From the NCBI GenBank assembly GCA_951406725.2, contig OX597840.1:18352001-18416000 (forward strand): a stretch of DNA of 64,000 nt, read 5' to 3'. This document shows, piece by piece, positions 27,198 to 40,589 of this stretch. Made by a program: the position numbers and the translations under genes. Origin of the DNA: Octopus vulgaris (Eukaryota). Each line of letters opens with the position of its first letter. The first letter of the stretch is position 1. Under the pieces are notes generated by a model that made no database searches, was not told the origin of the DNA, and worked only from the letters and a program-made list of their open reading frames with translations.

Positions 27198-27297
27198 GAG
27201 AGAGAGAGATAGGTACGTAGATAGGTAGGTAGATAGCTAGCTAGCTAAATAGGTAGGTAGGTAGGTAGGTAGGTAGGTAGGTAGGTAGGTAGGTAGG

Positions 27298-27358
<61 letters not shown>

Positions 27359-28225
27359 GGGGAGATAGATAGAAGAAACGTGTCAGAAATGCCGATAGGC
27401 GAAGAGGTAGGTGTGCATTGTCTGTCTGCAAATTGGTGCAGTGCAGCGGATGTGTTTGCCATAAAATGGTGTATGAATGGAGATGAATATTTGGCCAAGG
27501 GAGAAGAGGTGGCGATGGGGGTGGAGTGACGACTGACCGAGAATGGTGGGGTGTGGGGGTGGAGGGAGAGGAGAAAGGTGTTAACGAGAAGGAGAGGAAT
27601 GGAAACCGGAAAGAGGAAGAGGGAAAAAAACGGGAAGAGGTTGGTGGGGAGGGAAGGATTTACAGCATTGAAAGATTACGGTTTGGAATGGGTGTAACGT
27701 AGAGAGAGAAAGGCGAGGAGAGGAAGACAGGGAGATAGAGAGAGAAAGGGTAGAGAGGGGGAGGGAGAGATAGAGACAGAGAATTTAGGAATCTAGAAGA
27801 GGGAATGGAGAGACAGTTATGTAAGAAGGATGGAGGTCAGGAAGTAGGTTAGGAAAGGCGAGAGTGAGAGATCGATCGATCGATCGATAGATAGATAGGT
27901 ACATAGACGGGGGTGGAGAGAGTAAAGAGTCGGAAGAGAGGAGGAGGAGGAGGAGGAACGAGGTAGGGGAGAAGGGAGAGGGAGGGTTTAATATTTGGCA
28001 ACGTTGGAAAAAATGTTTAGATTGAACAGTGAAGAGGTTATAAAGATATATATATATAAATGTATATATCTATATATATGTATACATACATACATATATG
28101 TATATATAGAGAGAGAGAGAGAGGGGGGTGATGGAGTAATAGTGTGAGAAAATGACTGACAGATGAATATATATATACAGACAGATCTATGTATATATGT
28201 ATGTACATATGTACATGTGTGTGTG

Positions 28226-28274
<49 letters not shown>

Positions 28275-28277
28275 GTT

Positions 28278-28309
<32 letters not shown>

Positions 28310-28315
28310 TTACAC

Positions 28316-28363
<48 letters not shown>

Positions 28364-28490
28364 ACATATATATATATATATGTATACGTATATGCGTGAG
28401 TCTGTTTAGATAAAACAGTAAGAACTCCATTTTTCACTTGACCGATTTTTACCTTGTGGAATATATTTTCTTCTTTCTTGGGTAACTTCA

Positions 28491-28540
<50 letters not shown>

Positions 28541-28740
28541 GTATCTATTTATCTATCTCCCTCTGTTTTCCTTTCCTTCTTTTCTCTCTTCTACTCACTA
28601 TTTATTAATCTATATTACATTTACTCTGTTCCCGCCCTCACATACACATATACATACATACATGCATCCATTCATACACACACACACAAAGTGAGAGAGA
28701 GACATATATACATGCAAATCTACATACACCCGTACATACA

Positions 28741-28810
<70 letters not shown>

Positions 28811-29632
28811 TAGATAGATAGATAGTTAGATAGATAGATATAATATGTATATATATGCATATATACATACATACATGTACATACCTACATATATAAGTAT
28901 ATATACATGCATATATGGGTAGAGGACATCAAAAAAACCTTGAACACAATGAGAAACGAAAACATAAAAACAAAAACAGAGAAACGAACTTTTTTTCGGA
29001 CAACGAAAAAAACAAACAGAGAAACGAGACATGCAACATTACAACATAAAGAATATCCCCCTTCTTTAGTTGTCCCTGTTTTGTCTACTCCACGTTTCGA
29101 AGGCGCACACGCACACACATACACAAACATATATAGATTCATAAATACACGCATATGTCCGAAAGTATATTTGATATCGATCAAGATTTCAGTTCAATAA
29201 CAACTTATGATTTGTGATTGTGTTTGTGCATATATATATATAGACGCACGCGCGCCATCTTCACTGGTGTCGTCTGCTACTTTACAGATATCGCCGTGCC
29301 GTCTATTGATTCAGCTCGGCTGGATGTGTTGGAGCATAAGAAGCTTGCTTCTCAACAACATGGTTCTAGGTTCGGTTCTCATACCTGGCACCTTCTACTA
29401 TAGCCTCTAGCTGACCAAAGCCTTGTAAGTGAATTTGGTGAACGGAAACTGAAAAGAAGCCAGTCGTATATATATATATATATATATATATATTAATAAT
29501 AATAAAAAGGTAAAAAATTATTGATAATTTATGCCAAGTGGTCAGCGCGGAAATAAAAACTCATAGGTACATTTTATAAATAATTATAACAAGGGCTTAG
29601 CTTGTGCTTCATATCTGGGGGGTGGGGAATGC

Positions 29633-30038
29633 ATAGGCGTGGCTATGTGGTAAGAAGCTTGCTTACCAACCATTTGGTTCCGGATGCAGTCCCATTGCGT
29701 GGCACCTTGAGCAAGTGTCTTCTACTATAGCCTCGAGCTGACCAAAGCCTTTTGAGTGGATATAGTAGACGGAAACTGAAAGAAGCCCGTCGTATATATG
29801 TATATGCATATATTTTTGTGTGTGTGTTGTGTGTCTGTGTTTCCCCCGCTCCACACCTTTGCTTGACTACCGATGCTGCTGTATTTACGTCCCCGTAACT
29901 TAGCGGTTCGGCAAAATAGAGACCGATAGAATAAGTACAAGGCTTACAAAGAATAAGTCCTGGGGTCGATTTCCCCGACTAAAGGCGGTGCTCCAGCATG
30001 GCCGCAGTCAACTGACTGAAACAAGTAAAAGAATAAAA

Positions 30039-30041
<3 letters not shown>
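29633..30041 (+). mobile_element. SINE family A
   Basis: Complete copy; a 5' half copy lies at about 29312-29470. Confidence 0.88.
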
Positions 30042-30078
<37 letters not shown>

Positions 30079-30087
<9 letters not shown>

Positions 30088-30303
30088 GTGGCAGTTATTC
30101 GGTAGCCATGATAAAACTCCGAGTTTCGGATGTCGGGGCGGAAAATCCACGCTGGCATCTCTTCAGTTATCGGGCCATCGAAAAAAAATGAACATTTTTT
30201 TCGATTGCCCGATAACTGAAGAGATGCCAGCGTGGATTTTCCGCCCCGACATCCGAAACTCGGAGTTTTATCTTGGCTACCGAATAACTGCCACATATTA
30301 TAT
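30079..30303. repeat. Fold-back inverted repeat, arms about 110 bp, 2-nt loop, carrying two back-to-back hammerheads
   Basis: Centre AAAATG-AA-CATTTT; arms nearly perfect; left end abuts (TA)n. Confidence 0.95.
30207..30277 (+). ncRNA. Type-I hammerhead ribozyme (family H4); mirror copy on the minus strand at about 30105-30175
   Basis: GCCCGATAA-CTGAAGA-GATG...CATC-C-GAAA-CTCGGAG-TT^TTATCTTGGC; near-palindromic stem III, GUU triplet, one extra C before GAAA. Confidence 0.7.
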
Positions 30304-30495
30304 TTACAGATAAATTCCTCTATTTACATAATATCGAGATTCTTTCATTCTTTTGTTGCTATCAATATATATATATTAAGTGTCAAGATCAATCATATTA
30401 TATCCGGTTCTTGACAGATGAATTCCTCCGTGTTTATTTATCATAATATCGTTCTTGTCCATGTTGTCTTTTTCTACATACCTTCTTTTGTTATA

Positions 30496-30566
<71 letters not shown>

Positions 30567-30722
30567 ATTATGCCATAAGGTCTGCAAATATCAAAGACAT
30601 TTTATATATGCAGTCTATGTAGGTGTCTTTTCAATACGCTGTCTAGTTTAAAAAGCTACATCAGACACAATGGTCAAACTGCGCATAAACAAAAGACAAC
30701 CATATATATATATATATATATA

Positions 30723-30794
<72 letters not shown>

Positions 30795-31106
30795 ATCATT
30801 ACACAAACACACACCTGCGCGCATGCACATACCCACATGTACACACACATACCTCCTTCTCTTGCACTCTCCTGTCTTTGAAAGAACTTTTTCTTCACCC
30901 ATTCCCTTCCGGTCATTTCAATATGTGGCCGGGTGTGTATCGTTGGCAACTTTCTTTCTCCGTCTTCCCTTCCTTTGGACTTTTTCTATATTTCTGATGA
31001 AGGACTCTTCCTTTTCTTTCCTTTTCTGAGCGTCCAATAACACTGTACTTATTCCATCCACGTCCTCGCGTTGTTGTGTTTTTCTTGCTTGTTCATGTTT
31101 GGATTG

Positions 31107-31168
<62 letters not shown>

Positions 31169-31299
31169 TGGGGACGGTCATTCTGTTTTAATGCCTTACT
31201 AATTAACACACTCACCGTTTCGATTTCCACTCATTTACTTTAATTTTTCAAAAAATTTCGTTACTTCTCGTAACATCTTCAGTAGTCGTTGACTATATA

Positions 31300-31622
31300 T
31301 AGAGAGTCAATTTACTTTAAGGAGTGAACCATAGAATTTCCTGCAGGCAAAATGGGAAAAGCGTTGCCCCCGGAGGACGGCGAGGGAGATGCGCTGGAAA
31401 AACCACTCGCACTTGCGAACAGCCATTTTCACCCTGTTAGTGATGAGCAGGGATATGGTCCTGGGGTCGAGAACGCCGGAGGACTCCACTGCCACAGGAT
31501 CGACCGTGAACCTATCGAAGAGTGACCGATACCTTGAGAATTTGCTCTTCTCAGCGAAGCCTGGACTTGTAGCTGAAAACACCAATTTGTCACTGGAGGT
31601 GTTACAGCATGTGACATCTCGG
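31300..31622 (-). mobile_element. CRE-like non-LTR retrotransposon 3' fragment (restriction-like endonuclease C-terminus)
   Basis: DVTC..., KFSRYRSL, PVAVESSG, WFFQRISLAVLRG match the D..K..KY / P.A.E..G / QR.S.A..RGN pattern of CRE-clade RLE ends. Confidence 0.72.
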
Positions 31623-32069
31623 GAAGAGAGAGAGAGAGAGAGAAGAAAAGAGAGAGAGAGAGAGAAAGAGACAGACAGACAGAGAAAGGATTATAAGCGT
31701 TGACAGCAGAGAGAACAGCTGGCCACTCCTTAAAAGAAATGCTGTGAAATTGGTTACAAGAATTGTTTACAAGAAGTCGAGTCTGTTGCTTTGATTTAAG
31801 TTTTGGTAAAAGCGAACCGTTCCCTAATAAAGTGGTAAAAAAACGAAAGATCTTTGAGTCTGTCATCTCTTCGGTTTGTCAGCCAGTTGCTTCTTTAATT
31901 ACATTTTGGCAGCCTGCAAAAGATTTTTTTTTCTTTTCTCCATTCAATATTCTCGTTGATGCCAAAGAAAAAAAAACGGGAGCAAGAAGATGGTAGCATC
32001 TGAAGGACTTGTCAGTAGTTCCTTGAAAGAAAGGGTATTCGTAGGGTTGGAGCGGTGACTCATATTAGA

Positions 32070-32400
32070 ATGGCGGCGGTGGTGGTGACGGCGTGGGGGT
32101 GGCGATGACGGTGTGGAGATGGTAACGGCGGCGGCGGCGGTGGTGGTGGCGGTGACGGCGGCGGTAACGGTGGTGGTGGCGGTAACGGTGTGGAGATGGC
32201 GGCGGCGGTGGTGGTGGTGGCGGTGACGGTGTTGGGATGGTGGCGGCGGCGGCGGGGGTGGTGGCGGTGACGGCGTGGAGATGGCGGCGGCGACGGTGGC
32301 GACGGTGGCGGCGACGGTGGCGGCGACGGTGGCGGCGACGGTGACGGTGACGGTGTGGGGATGGTGGCAGCGGCGGCGAGGTGGTGGTGGTGGTGGCAGC
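32070..32400. repeat. GGC/GGT/GAC trinucleotide-derived minisatellite
   Basis: Directly visible; recurring GACGGTGTGGAGATGG units; source of the poly-P/R/H ORFs. Confidence 0.9.
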
Positions 32401-33544
32401 CAAGCATTTGGAAAAGGCATTTATAATTGAACTTTACATGTTTCAGTCATTGGACAGCTGCCATACTGGGGCACCGACTTGAAAGGGTCTGTTTTTTTTT
32501 TTACCTTTTTAACCGTCCCCCGTACTTATTTTAAAGTCTGGTGTGACTTATTCTATCAGTCTATAAGATTCAAGGACGTAAAGAAACGTATACCGGTTGT
32601 TAAGCAGACACAAGCGCGCGCGCACATATATGTATGTTAATTCGGTAGATGGAGCCAGTGGCACTCTGTCGTGTGTGCGCGTGTTTACGCATACAAGACA
32701 ACTCTCACCAGTTTCCGACTACCAAATTCCCTCACAATGAGTTGGTTGGCTTAAGGCTGGAACTGAACTCGGAACCATGCTGTTGCCAAGTATGCGTCTA
32801 AACCACACAGCCATATGCTCACACACATAAGCAGAGAGAGGGGGAGATAGAAAGGAGGGAGAAGGGTGGGAGAAAGAAGAGAGAGGACAACGGAGACGTT
32901 AAAACGACTGATGTCAAATAAGTCATCGTTGAATCAGCGCCGCCAAATAAGCGGAGCCAAAACGGCTGCGCCATAACGTCTCATGCCTCACCATCACCCT
33001 TATCGTATGAATCTTTTCATATAACTGTTTAAACGTGCGTATGTATGGGGTTGGTGTATGTATTAGTATGTATTAGTGTGTATTAGTGTGTTAGTATGTG
33101 TGTATAAGTGTGTGTGTGTGTGTATGAGAGAGTATAAGTGCGTATGAGGGGTCTGGACGTGTGTATGTATAGGGTTGGTGTATGTATTAGTATGGCACAT
33201 CATATATGATGTGATGTGTAAAGTCGTGTGGTGTAGTGAGGAGAAGAGGGGGAGGGGAGAAGAGGGGAGGGGAGAAGAGGGGGAGGGGGAGAAGAGGGGA
33301 GGGGGAGAAGAGGGGGAGGAGAAGGGGATGGGAAGAAGAGGGGGAGGAGAGGGGAGAGGGGGGAGGAAGGAGGAAAGAGGGAGAGGGTGAGAGAGAAGGG
33401 GAGTGAGGGAGCAGAGGGAAGGGGAAGAGGGAAGGAGGGAGGGAGAAAGAGGGAAGAAGAAGGAAGGGGAGTAGGGGTGAAAGGATGAAGGACTGAAGAA
33501 GTAGGGGTCGGGGGGAAGGATATGTGAGGAGGGGGAGAGGGGGG

Positions 33545-34867
33545 TTAGATGAGGAGGGGGGAGAGTTGAGACCAAATGGCGTATAAGAGCGAAGAGAGAA
33601 GATTAATTCCTGTTCACGGCGCAAACGGGAATCCGGATGGCCTCTGTGTAAGGACAAACCGAACACAGATAGGTGTTGCAAGGAGTGACCGGTGGAGCGG
33701 AAATGGTGTGAGACCGGTGTGTCGTTCGCAAGGTGGATGTCACGAAGGTGTTCCACGAACCGGTCAGCCAAGCGGCGTCCCGTTTGTCCGATGTACAAGG
33801 AATGGCAGAGAGAGCAAGAGACGCAATAGATAATATTGCTGGAGGTGCAGGTGAAGGAGTGGATGATGGGATAGGGTCGATGGTGGGTGCTAGTGAGGAG
33901 GGTGGTGTTGGAGAGGTAAGGGCAAGTGCGGCAACGTGGGCGGGAGCAGGGGAACGAGCCGGGTTGGGAGGTAGGGTCAGGGAAGGAACTATGGACCAAA
34001 AGGTCTCGAAGGTTGTGGGCTCGTTTGAAAGAGGGGAGGGGTCGGTTAGGGAAGAGGTGTGAAGTGGACGGGTCGGACTGGAGATGACGGAAAGCTCGAA
34101 GAATGGTGCGTTGGAGACGTAGGGTCGTGGGGTGGTAAGTGAGGGGAAAAGGGAGGCGGGAGACTACAGGGCGGGTTCGGGGAGAGAGAGCAGATACACG
34201 GTCCACGGACCGTGCTCTGGCAAGGGCGGTGTGGATAGTGGTGAGGGGGTATCCACGTAGGGTGAAGTGGTGAGCCATACGTTGAGACTGAGTCCCAAAG
34301 TTATGGTCGTCACTACAGAGCCTACGTAGACGGAGGAATTGGGAATAGGGGATGGAAAGCTTGGTGTGTTCTGGGTGGGAGGAAGAGAAGTTGAGGTATG
34401 AGTGTGAGTCTGTGTGTTTGTAGTGAATGGAGGTGGTAAGAGTGGAGTGAAGAATGCTAACCGAAATGTCGAGGAAGGAGACAGAGGTGTTGGAGATAGT
34501 GGAAGTGAAGTGGAGGGCTGGATGGAAAGATTGGACGAAAGAGAGGAAGGAATCTAGATGTTCACGGGAGAGTGAGGTGGCACCGATAATGTCGTCAATG
34601 TAACGACCATATAGTTCAGGAGTGGGACCAGTGAAATTAGAGAATATTTGGGCCTCAACATAGCCAACGAACAGGTTCGCATAGTTGGGGCCCATTCGCG
34701 TTCCCATGGCCACTCCCGAGACCTGATGGTAGAACTCGCCCGCGAACGAGAAGCAGTTCAGAGTAAGGACAAGTTCGGCCAGACGATTGAGTGTGGAGGT
34801 GTCAGGTACAGGGTTAGAGAGAAGGTCAAGACAGTGTCGAAGGGCCTGCAGTCCTTCGTGGTTAGGG

Positions 34868-34872
<5 letters not shown>
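33545..34872 (-). mobile_element. Penelope-like element (Neptune-type) RT + GIY-YIG endonuclease ORF, 5'-truncated, reading frame uninterrupted
   Basis: IPNHEG, GVAMGTRMGPNYANLF, RYIDD, FLD, YKHTDSH.YL..SSSHP, Cys linker CSRPRCRTC, NIIY..SC..C...YIGQT, RF.EH, HF, PFGLN; 5' end abuts (TA)n; the ORF track's extra N- and C-terminal residues are SINE/microsatellite read-through. Confidence 0.95.
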
Positions 34873-34899
<27 letters not shown>

Positions 34900-34918
<19 letters not shown>

Positions 34919-35105
34919 TCATATATACTGGCATTGGTGTGTTTACGTCCCCTGTAACTTAGCAGTTCGGTGAAAGAGTACGATAGAATAAGTACCAGGC
35001 TTAATAAAAGATAAGTCCTGGGGCCGATTTGTTTCACTTAACCCTTTCAAGGCGGTGCTCCAGCATCGCTACAGTCAAATAACTGAAACAAGTGAAAAGC
35101 AAGAG
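34900..35105 (+). mobile_element. SINE family A, 3' half
   Basis: GGTGTGTTTACGTCCC..GATAGAATAAGTACC..ACTGAAACAAG. Confidence 0.8.
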
Positions 35106-35697
35106 ATAAAAAAAAAGGATAAAGGGCAATGGTTACAAAATATAATTAAGGAGCACTCTGTTAGAGCGTTCGGCTAGAAAGCTTTTCGCGATATTTATTC
35201 CGGATCTCTGCACACTGGGTTCAAATCTAACCTAAATCAATCTTACCTTTCGATAGGTTAGAGTCGATAAATAAAGTACCAGTATTGTACTGGGATTATA
35301 TCCTTCTTTCTTCTCTTTCCCTCACCTCCGCTCTTATTCTTTCAGAACCGGCTCCCTTGTGTTGTGGGGAGTTTTGAGGGACTACCCAAAGGAAATGGTA
35401 GAACTTACAGGCTCAGTTACAAAATCTCCTGGGAGTTCGAAAGGGGCCCTTCATACTCCAAGAATTTCGGTTGCAGTTGTGGGTGTTAATTTGATTGGAA
35501 TTTTATATTTCATCAACGCTTGGGAATAACTAAAAGTAACTTCATATACTCCTTTGAGCGTGTATGAAGGGCCTACCAAAAGACTGTCAAAGCAGAGCGA
35601 AACTGTTTTCGGCGGGTATATGAGGGGTAGCCTCTTAAAAGTAGGCTATAAGGATTGTAAAAAAAATTTTGGAAGGGGCATAGATAAATAGAATAGA

Positions 35698-35728
<31 letters not shown>

Positions 35729-36043
35729 GAGAGAGAGACAGAGACAGAGAGAGACAGAGAGAGACAGAGAGAGACAGAGAGAGACAGACTGGCAGACAAA
35801 AAGAGAGAAATGTATAGACAGATAGACTGGCTGATAGAGAGGAAGATAGAGTGACAGATTGTCAGAGAGACAGACCGAAAGACAGGCAGACAGTCTGAAA
35901 ATAATCACAGGCCCGTTTTGGGCTCTCCAGGTCCCGGACCGGTGTACCGGTTTACCCACACCTCTTTTAAGGTCCTAGGGTGAGTAAATTGGGTAAGAAA
36001 ACAATGACAGCTGCTTTCACGCTCACCCTCTTTCCCCCGCACG

Positions 36044-36127
<84 letters not shown>

Positions 36128-36293
36128 CGCACACACAGACACGCACGCACAGATGCATATACACACATGCACGCACATAGCTGAATCTAAATGAAAAGAA
36201 ACACATCAGCAATGATGATCTAAGTGACGTCTAAATGAGTCTTTAGGGCGTCACCAGAAAACTATTCATTTTGATATGTCTCAAGTCGCACGT

Positions 36294-36329
<36 letters not shown>

Positions 36330-36788
36330 ATAAATATCAAGCAACAGGGAGGGGTGGTGAATAGTATTTCGACAATTTAATATATATTATTAAAGTGATA
36401 AGATAAAACAGATAAAACTGTCTGTAAAGCAATTAAATGCATATATTGTCAATGATGTTGTTGTATTTGTTGTGTTTGCAGCATTTGTTGGTGATTTCGG
36501 GTCTTTTTATTTGACCAAGCAGACCCACAACCATCTCGTCATTTCTTCCTCTCCCGAGACATAGTTTACATCTGACTTCATTATCCAATGTTATCTCTTT
36601 TAGGGTGGCGGGGTGGGATTTGAAGGAAGTTAGAAATTGGCTGATATTTCCCAGTCGAGCGGGACAAGTAAAAGCTTTATCTTGGAATCAATCTCGATAT
36701 TTTTTTTTCATTTCACGGGTAGATTTTATTCCTACCCTGAATTATATAATATAATGAACACCGGGCGATATATGCATAGGAGTGGCTT

Positions 36789-36956
36789 ATAGGCGAAGGA
36801 GTGGCTGTGTGATAAGTAGCTTGCTTACCAACCACATGGTTCCGGGTTCAGTCCCACTGCGTGGCACCTTGGGCAAGTGTATTCTACTATAGCCTTGGGC
36901 CGACCAAAGCCTTGTGAGTGGATTTGGTTGACGGAAACTGAAAGAAGCCCATCGTA

Positions 36957-36960
<4 letters not shown>
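36789..36960 (+). mobile_element. SINE family A, 5' half, ending in its TA tract
   Basis: Head to GAAAGAAGCCCATCGTATA. Confidence 0.85.
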
Positions 36961-36997
<37 letters not shown>

Positions 36998-37249
36998 GAC
37001 TGCTTTAGCAGTTGAGATATGGGATAAAAATAGTTCAACTAACCTAAATTGTGTGTGTGTGTGTCTATATATATATATATATATACAAAATGGGACAAGA
37101 ACGCAAAACATCCGGACGACTAGGTGATACAAAAAGAGACGACAAAATATCAAGATAGACGATACAAAGAAAACACAGACGGGTCAATCGAAGCCTTTAA
37201 TCTTCAGTCAAGAACCGGATCATCCTCGCAATTTCGGCTGATGTATGTA

Positions 37250-37322
<73 letters not shown>

Positions 37323-37327
<5 letters not shown>

Positions 37328-37530
37328 TAATCCAAACAAGAAAACAAAAAACAACAACGCAAGGATGTGGAACAAATAAAGTATTATTGGACGCTCAGGA
37401 AAGAAGGGAAGAAGGAGGGCTTGACGTTTCGAGCGGAGCTCTTCGTCGGAAACATAGGAGAAAGAAACATCCCGAGATGGGAAGGACAGAGGAAAAAAAA
37501 ACAGGTAGTCTACACGAGGTCACATACTAA
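37323..37530 (-). mobile_element. Non-coding pLTR-like repeat with minimal hammerhead-like motif (family H6, U4C)
   Basis: Minus strand GTTT-CCGACGA-A-GAGCTCCGCTC-GAAA-CG-TC^AAGC; homologous to 53395-53610, 60030-60240, 30915-31110 and 51170-51280. Confidence 0.65.
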
Positions 37531-37701
37531 AAGGACGGAAGTGGTCAAAAGGAAGGAAAAGTGTTTTTTTCCTTTCCGACAAAAGTGCGGGTCAGAGAAT
37601 GAATGGTAAAAAAGGTGTGCGAGATGACAAGGGTGTGTGTGTGAGTGTGTGCGTGTGTGTGTATGTGTGTGTATGGTTTATTTGAATATATATATATCAA
37701 T

Positions 37702-37768
<67 letters not shown>

Positions 37769-37824
37769 TACACACAAGGAAGTGGCTGAAAAGTTCCTGG
37801 TTTTGAATAAATGAAAATACAGGC

Positions 37825-38150
37825 TATATGCTTACCAACCACATGGTTCCGGGTTCATCAGTAATAACCAAAGCCTTGTGGGGGATTGACGGAAACTGAA
37901 AGAAGCCCGTCGTATATATGTATATATATATATGTGTGCGTGTATGTTTGTGTGTCTGTGTTTGTCCCCCTAGCATTGCTTGACAACCGATGCTGGTGTG
38001 TTAATGTCCCCGTCACTTAGCGGTTCAGCAAAAGAGCCCGAGAGAATAAGTACTGGGCTTACAAAGAATAAGTCATGGGGTCGAGTTGCTCGACTAAAGG
38101 CGGTGCTTCAGCATGGCCGCAGTCAAATGACTGAAACAAGTAAAGAGAGT
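37825..38150 (+). mobile_element. SINE family A with internal deletions
   Basis: Family A sequence blocks. Confidence 0.82.
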
Positions 38151-38153
38151 ATA

Positions 38154-38224
<71 letters not shown>

Positions 38225-38278
38225 GAAATTTAAAATTACAAAGTCTCTCTAAAAGAGAACAGCGGCAGCGTTCCCGGA

Positions 38279-38392
38279 AAATAATAGTTATCGCCATACT
38301 AATATGGCATTCTTATAAAAATAAGAATAAAGCTGTCCGCTTATTCTTATTTTTATAAGAATGCCATATTAGTATGGCGATAACTATTATTT
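38279..38392. repeat. Perfect 52-bp-arm fold-back, 10-nt loop, between TA tracts
   Basis: AAATAATAGTTATCGCC...AAGAATAA-AGCTGTCCGC-TTATTCTT...GGCGATAACTATTATTT; single-arm copy at 48931-49011. Confidence 0.95.
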
Positions 38393-38418
38393 ATATATAT
38401 ATATATGCACACATACAC

Positions 38419-38632
38419 ACAAGGAAGGGGCTGAAAAGTTCCTGGTTTTGAATAAATGAAAATACAGGAGGATCAGTTATGATTTTATTCAACATATTCC
38501 CCTCTCAGATTCAGACACTTATTGTGGCGGTCCTTCGGTTTTTCTAAGTCCTGTAAAAAAAAACTCAGAAGTTTGGGTCTACAACCAGGCCTTTCTCGAT
38601 CCCCTTGAAGCCAGAAACTTTTCAGCTCCTTT
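38419..38632. mobile_element. Mariner-derived MITE
   Basis: Imperfect TIRs GGGGCTGAAAAGTTCCTGGTTTT / AAGCCAGAAACTTTTCAGCTCC; internal TTCAACATATTCCCCTC resembles the reverse-complemented mariner transposase end (GEYVE). Confidence 0.65.
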
Positions 38633-38647
38633 TTTGCGGGTCTCTCT

Positions 38648-38712
<65 letters not shown>

Positions 38713-38740
38713 TATCTATCTATCTATCTATTTATCTATT

Positions 38741-39142
38741 ATGGCTGCCCCCTCCTTATCGAGTATGACCATTGCACGAAGCTTAACTGTTATTGGTGCT
38801 GTGATCGAATGTGACTTTTTAGCCCAGCTAAAGATCTACAATGTCTTGTACAGAATTGGCAGCTAAAACCTTTACCGGTAATAGCCGGCTGTAGTTGTAA
38901 CTGGGCTTCATGTACCTTTGCATGTCGTTTAAGTCCTCCTGCCGAATTACACTCTCTTCCACATGCCCGACAGATATGATTAGTATGGTGTGTCACACCA
39001 CCACCAGTGGCCAGGCTGTCACTCATCTGTCTCGCTTTATTACTACGAAGATGACTCATGAGTCCAGCTTTACTGAGGCAGGGTCTTGCACAGATATTGC
39101 ATGTCAGAATCAAAGGAAGACCCTTCCCTTCTGGAAGTGTAA
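38741..39142 (-). mobile_element. LINE-like 3' fragment encoding three C2H2-type zinc fingers (second copy 55847-56118)
   Basis: CNIC..AGLMSHLRS, CRAC..GGLKRHAKVH, CQFC..AGLKSHIRSQH, then stop and short UTR; two copies share the 3' end and differ in 5' truncation. Confidence 0.7.
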
Positions 39143-39261
39143 CACATACATACATACATACATACATATAGATATATACTTTTATAAAAGCATTCGTCGG
39201 TCAGTTGTGATCATACTAGATTAAAATTGAGATGGTACATTTAATATAATATTAGGTATCA

Positions 39262-39450
39262 CATTTCTTCTTCTTCTTCTTCTTCTTCTTCTTCTTCTTC
39301 TTCTTCTTCTTCTTCTTCTTCTTCTCCTTCTTCTTCTTCTTCTCCTCTTCTTTTTCTTTTCTTCTTCTTCTTCTTCTTCTTCTTCTTCTTCTTCTTCTTC
39401 TTCTTCTTCTTCTTCTTCTTCTTCTTCTTCTTCTTCTTCTTCTTCTTCTT

Positions 39451-39480
<30 letters not shown>
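39262..39480. repeat. (TTC)n trinucleotide tract
   Basis: Directly visible. Confidence 0.97.
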
Positions 39481-39481
<1 letters not shown>

Positions 39482-39767
39482 TCAGGATTCATGCCATTAG
39501 CCACAAAGAATAATCTCTAATTCGAGCCTACTCTAAGCTACTAAGAATGCGTGTGGCAACTTGAAGATCCACCCACCACACGCGATAGACTGGCGGTTGC
39601 ATGGGCACGAAAGATACGTTGTTATCCTCATTCTGTAAACGGTGGCTTTTAACGGGTGGAGAGCTGAACCATCCTTGGGTACAGAGGATTCGTAATCTAG
39701 ACTAGAGTCTGAAAGTTTACCACCCCATAGTGGGTTACACCAAGGTTCCTCTGCTTTGTGGCAGAAG

Positions 39768-39947
39768 TAGGAAGAAAGAATGAGAGAAAGTTGTGGTGAG
39801 AGCGGGTTCCTGCCCTTCCCCCCCCCCCCGAACCCCGGAGCCTCGTGGAGCTTAGGTGTATTTCCTCGATAAACACTCACAATGTCCGGTCTGGGAATCG
39901 AAACCGCGAGTCTGTTGCCCTAACCACAGGGCCATTGCGCCTCCACT
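39768..39947 (-). mobile_element. tRNA-derived SINE (family F), 5' part
   Basis: Minus strand GTGGAGGCGCAATGGCCC.GTGGTTAGGGCA..GGTTTCGATTCCCAGACC head. Confidence 0.7.
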
Positions 39948-39966
39948 CTGCTGCTGCTGCTGCTGC

Positions 39967-39997
<31 letters not shown>

Positions 39998-40229
39998 ACT
40001 GAGTGAGGGGCGTAGTTTGGTGATTAGGGTATTCGGCCCGCCATCGAAAGGTTCCGAATTCGATATTCCCGGTGGGACGTTGTGTTCTTGAGCAAGACAC
40101 TTTATTTCATGTTACTCCGCTGCACTCAGCTGGCAAAAATGAGCCGTTTCCATATTTCAAGGGACCAACCTTGTCACTCTTTGTGACACGCTGAACCTCC
40201 CTCACGACTATATTTAAAGATTAGTAATT

Positions 40230-40331
40230 TTGGTGGCGGTGGTGGTGGTGGTGGTGGTGGTGGTGGTAGTGGTGGTGGTGGTGAGGAAAATAAGAATAGA
40301 TATTGTCATCATCACCATCATCATAATCATC

Positions 40332-40363
<32 letters not shown>

Positions 40364-40408
40364 CATCATCACGACCATCATCATCATCATCATCATCATC
40401 ATCACGAC

Positions 40409-40443
<35 letters not shown>

Positions 40444-40448
40444 CGACC

Positions 40449-40500
<52 letters not shown>

Positions 40501-40504
40501 CGAC

Positions 40505-40589
<85 letters not shown>

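Noticed and set aside
33187-35037. 616-aa ORF as a complete protein
   Set aside because: The first ~55 aa are SINE/TA read-through and the last ~120 aa are a pyrimidine tract; only about 33545-34872 is Penelope coding and the RT N-terminus is missing.
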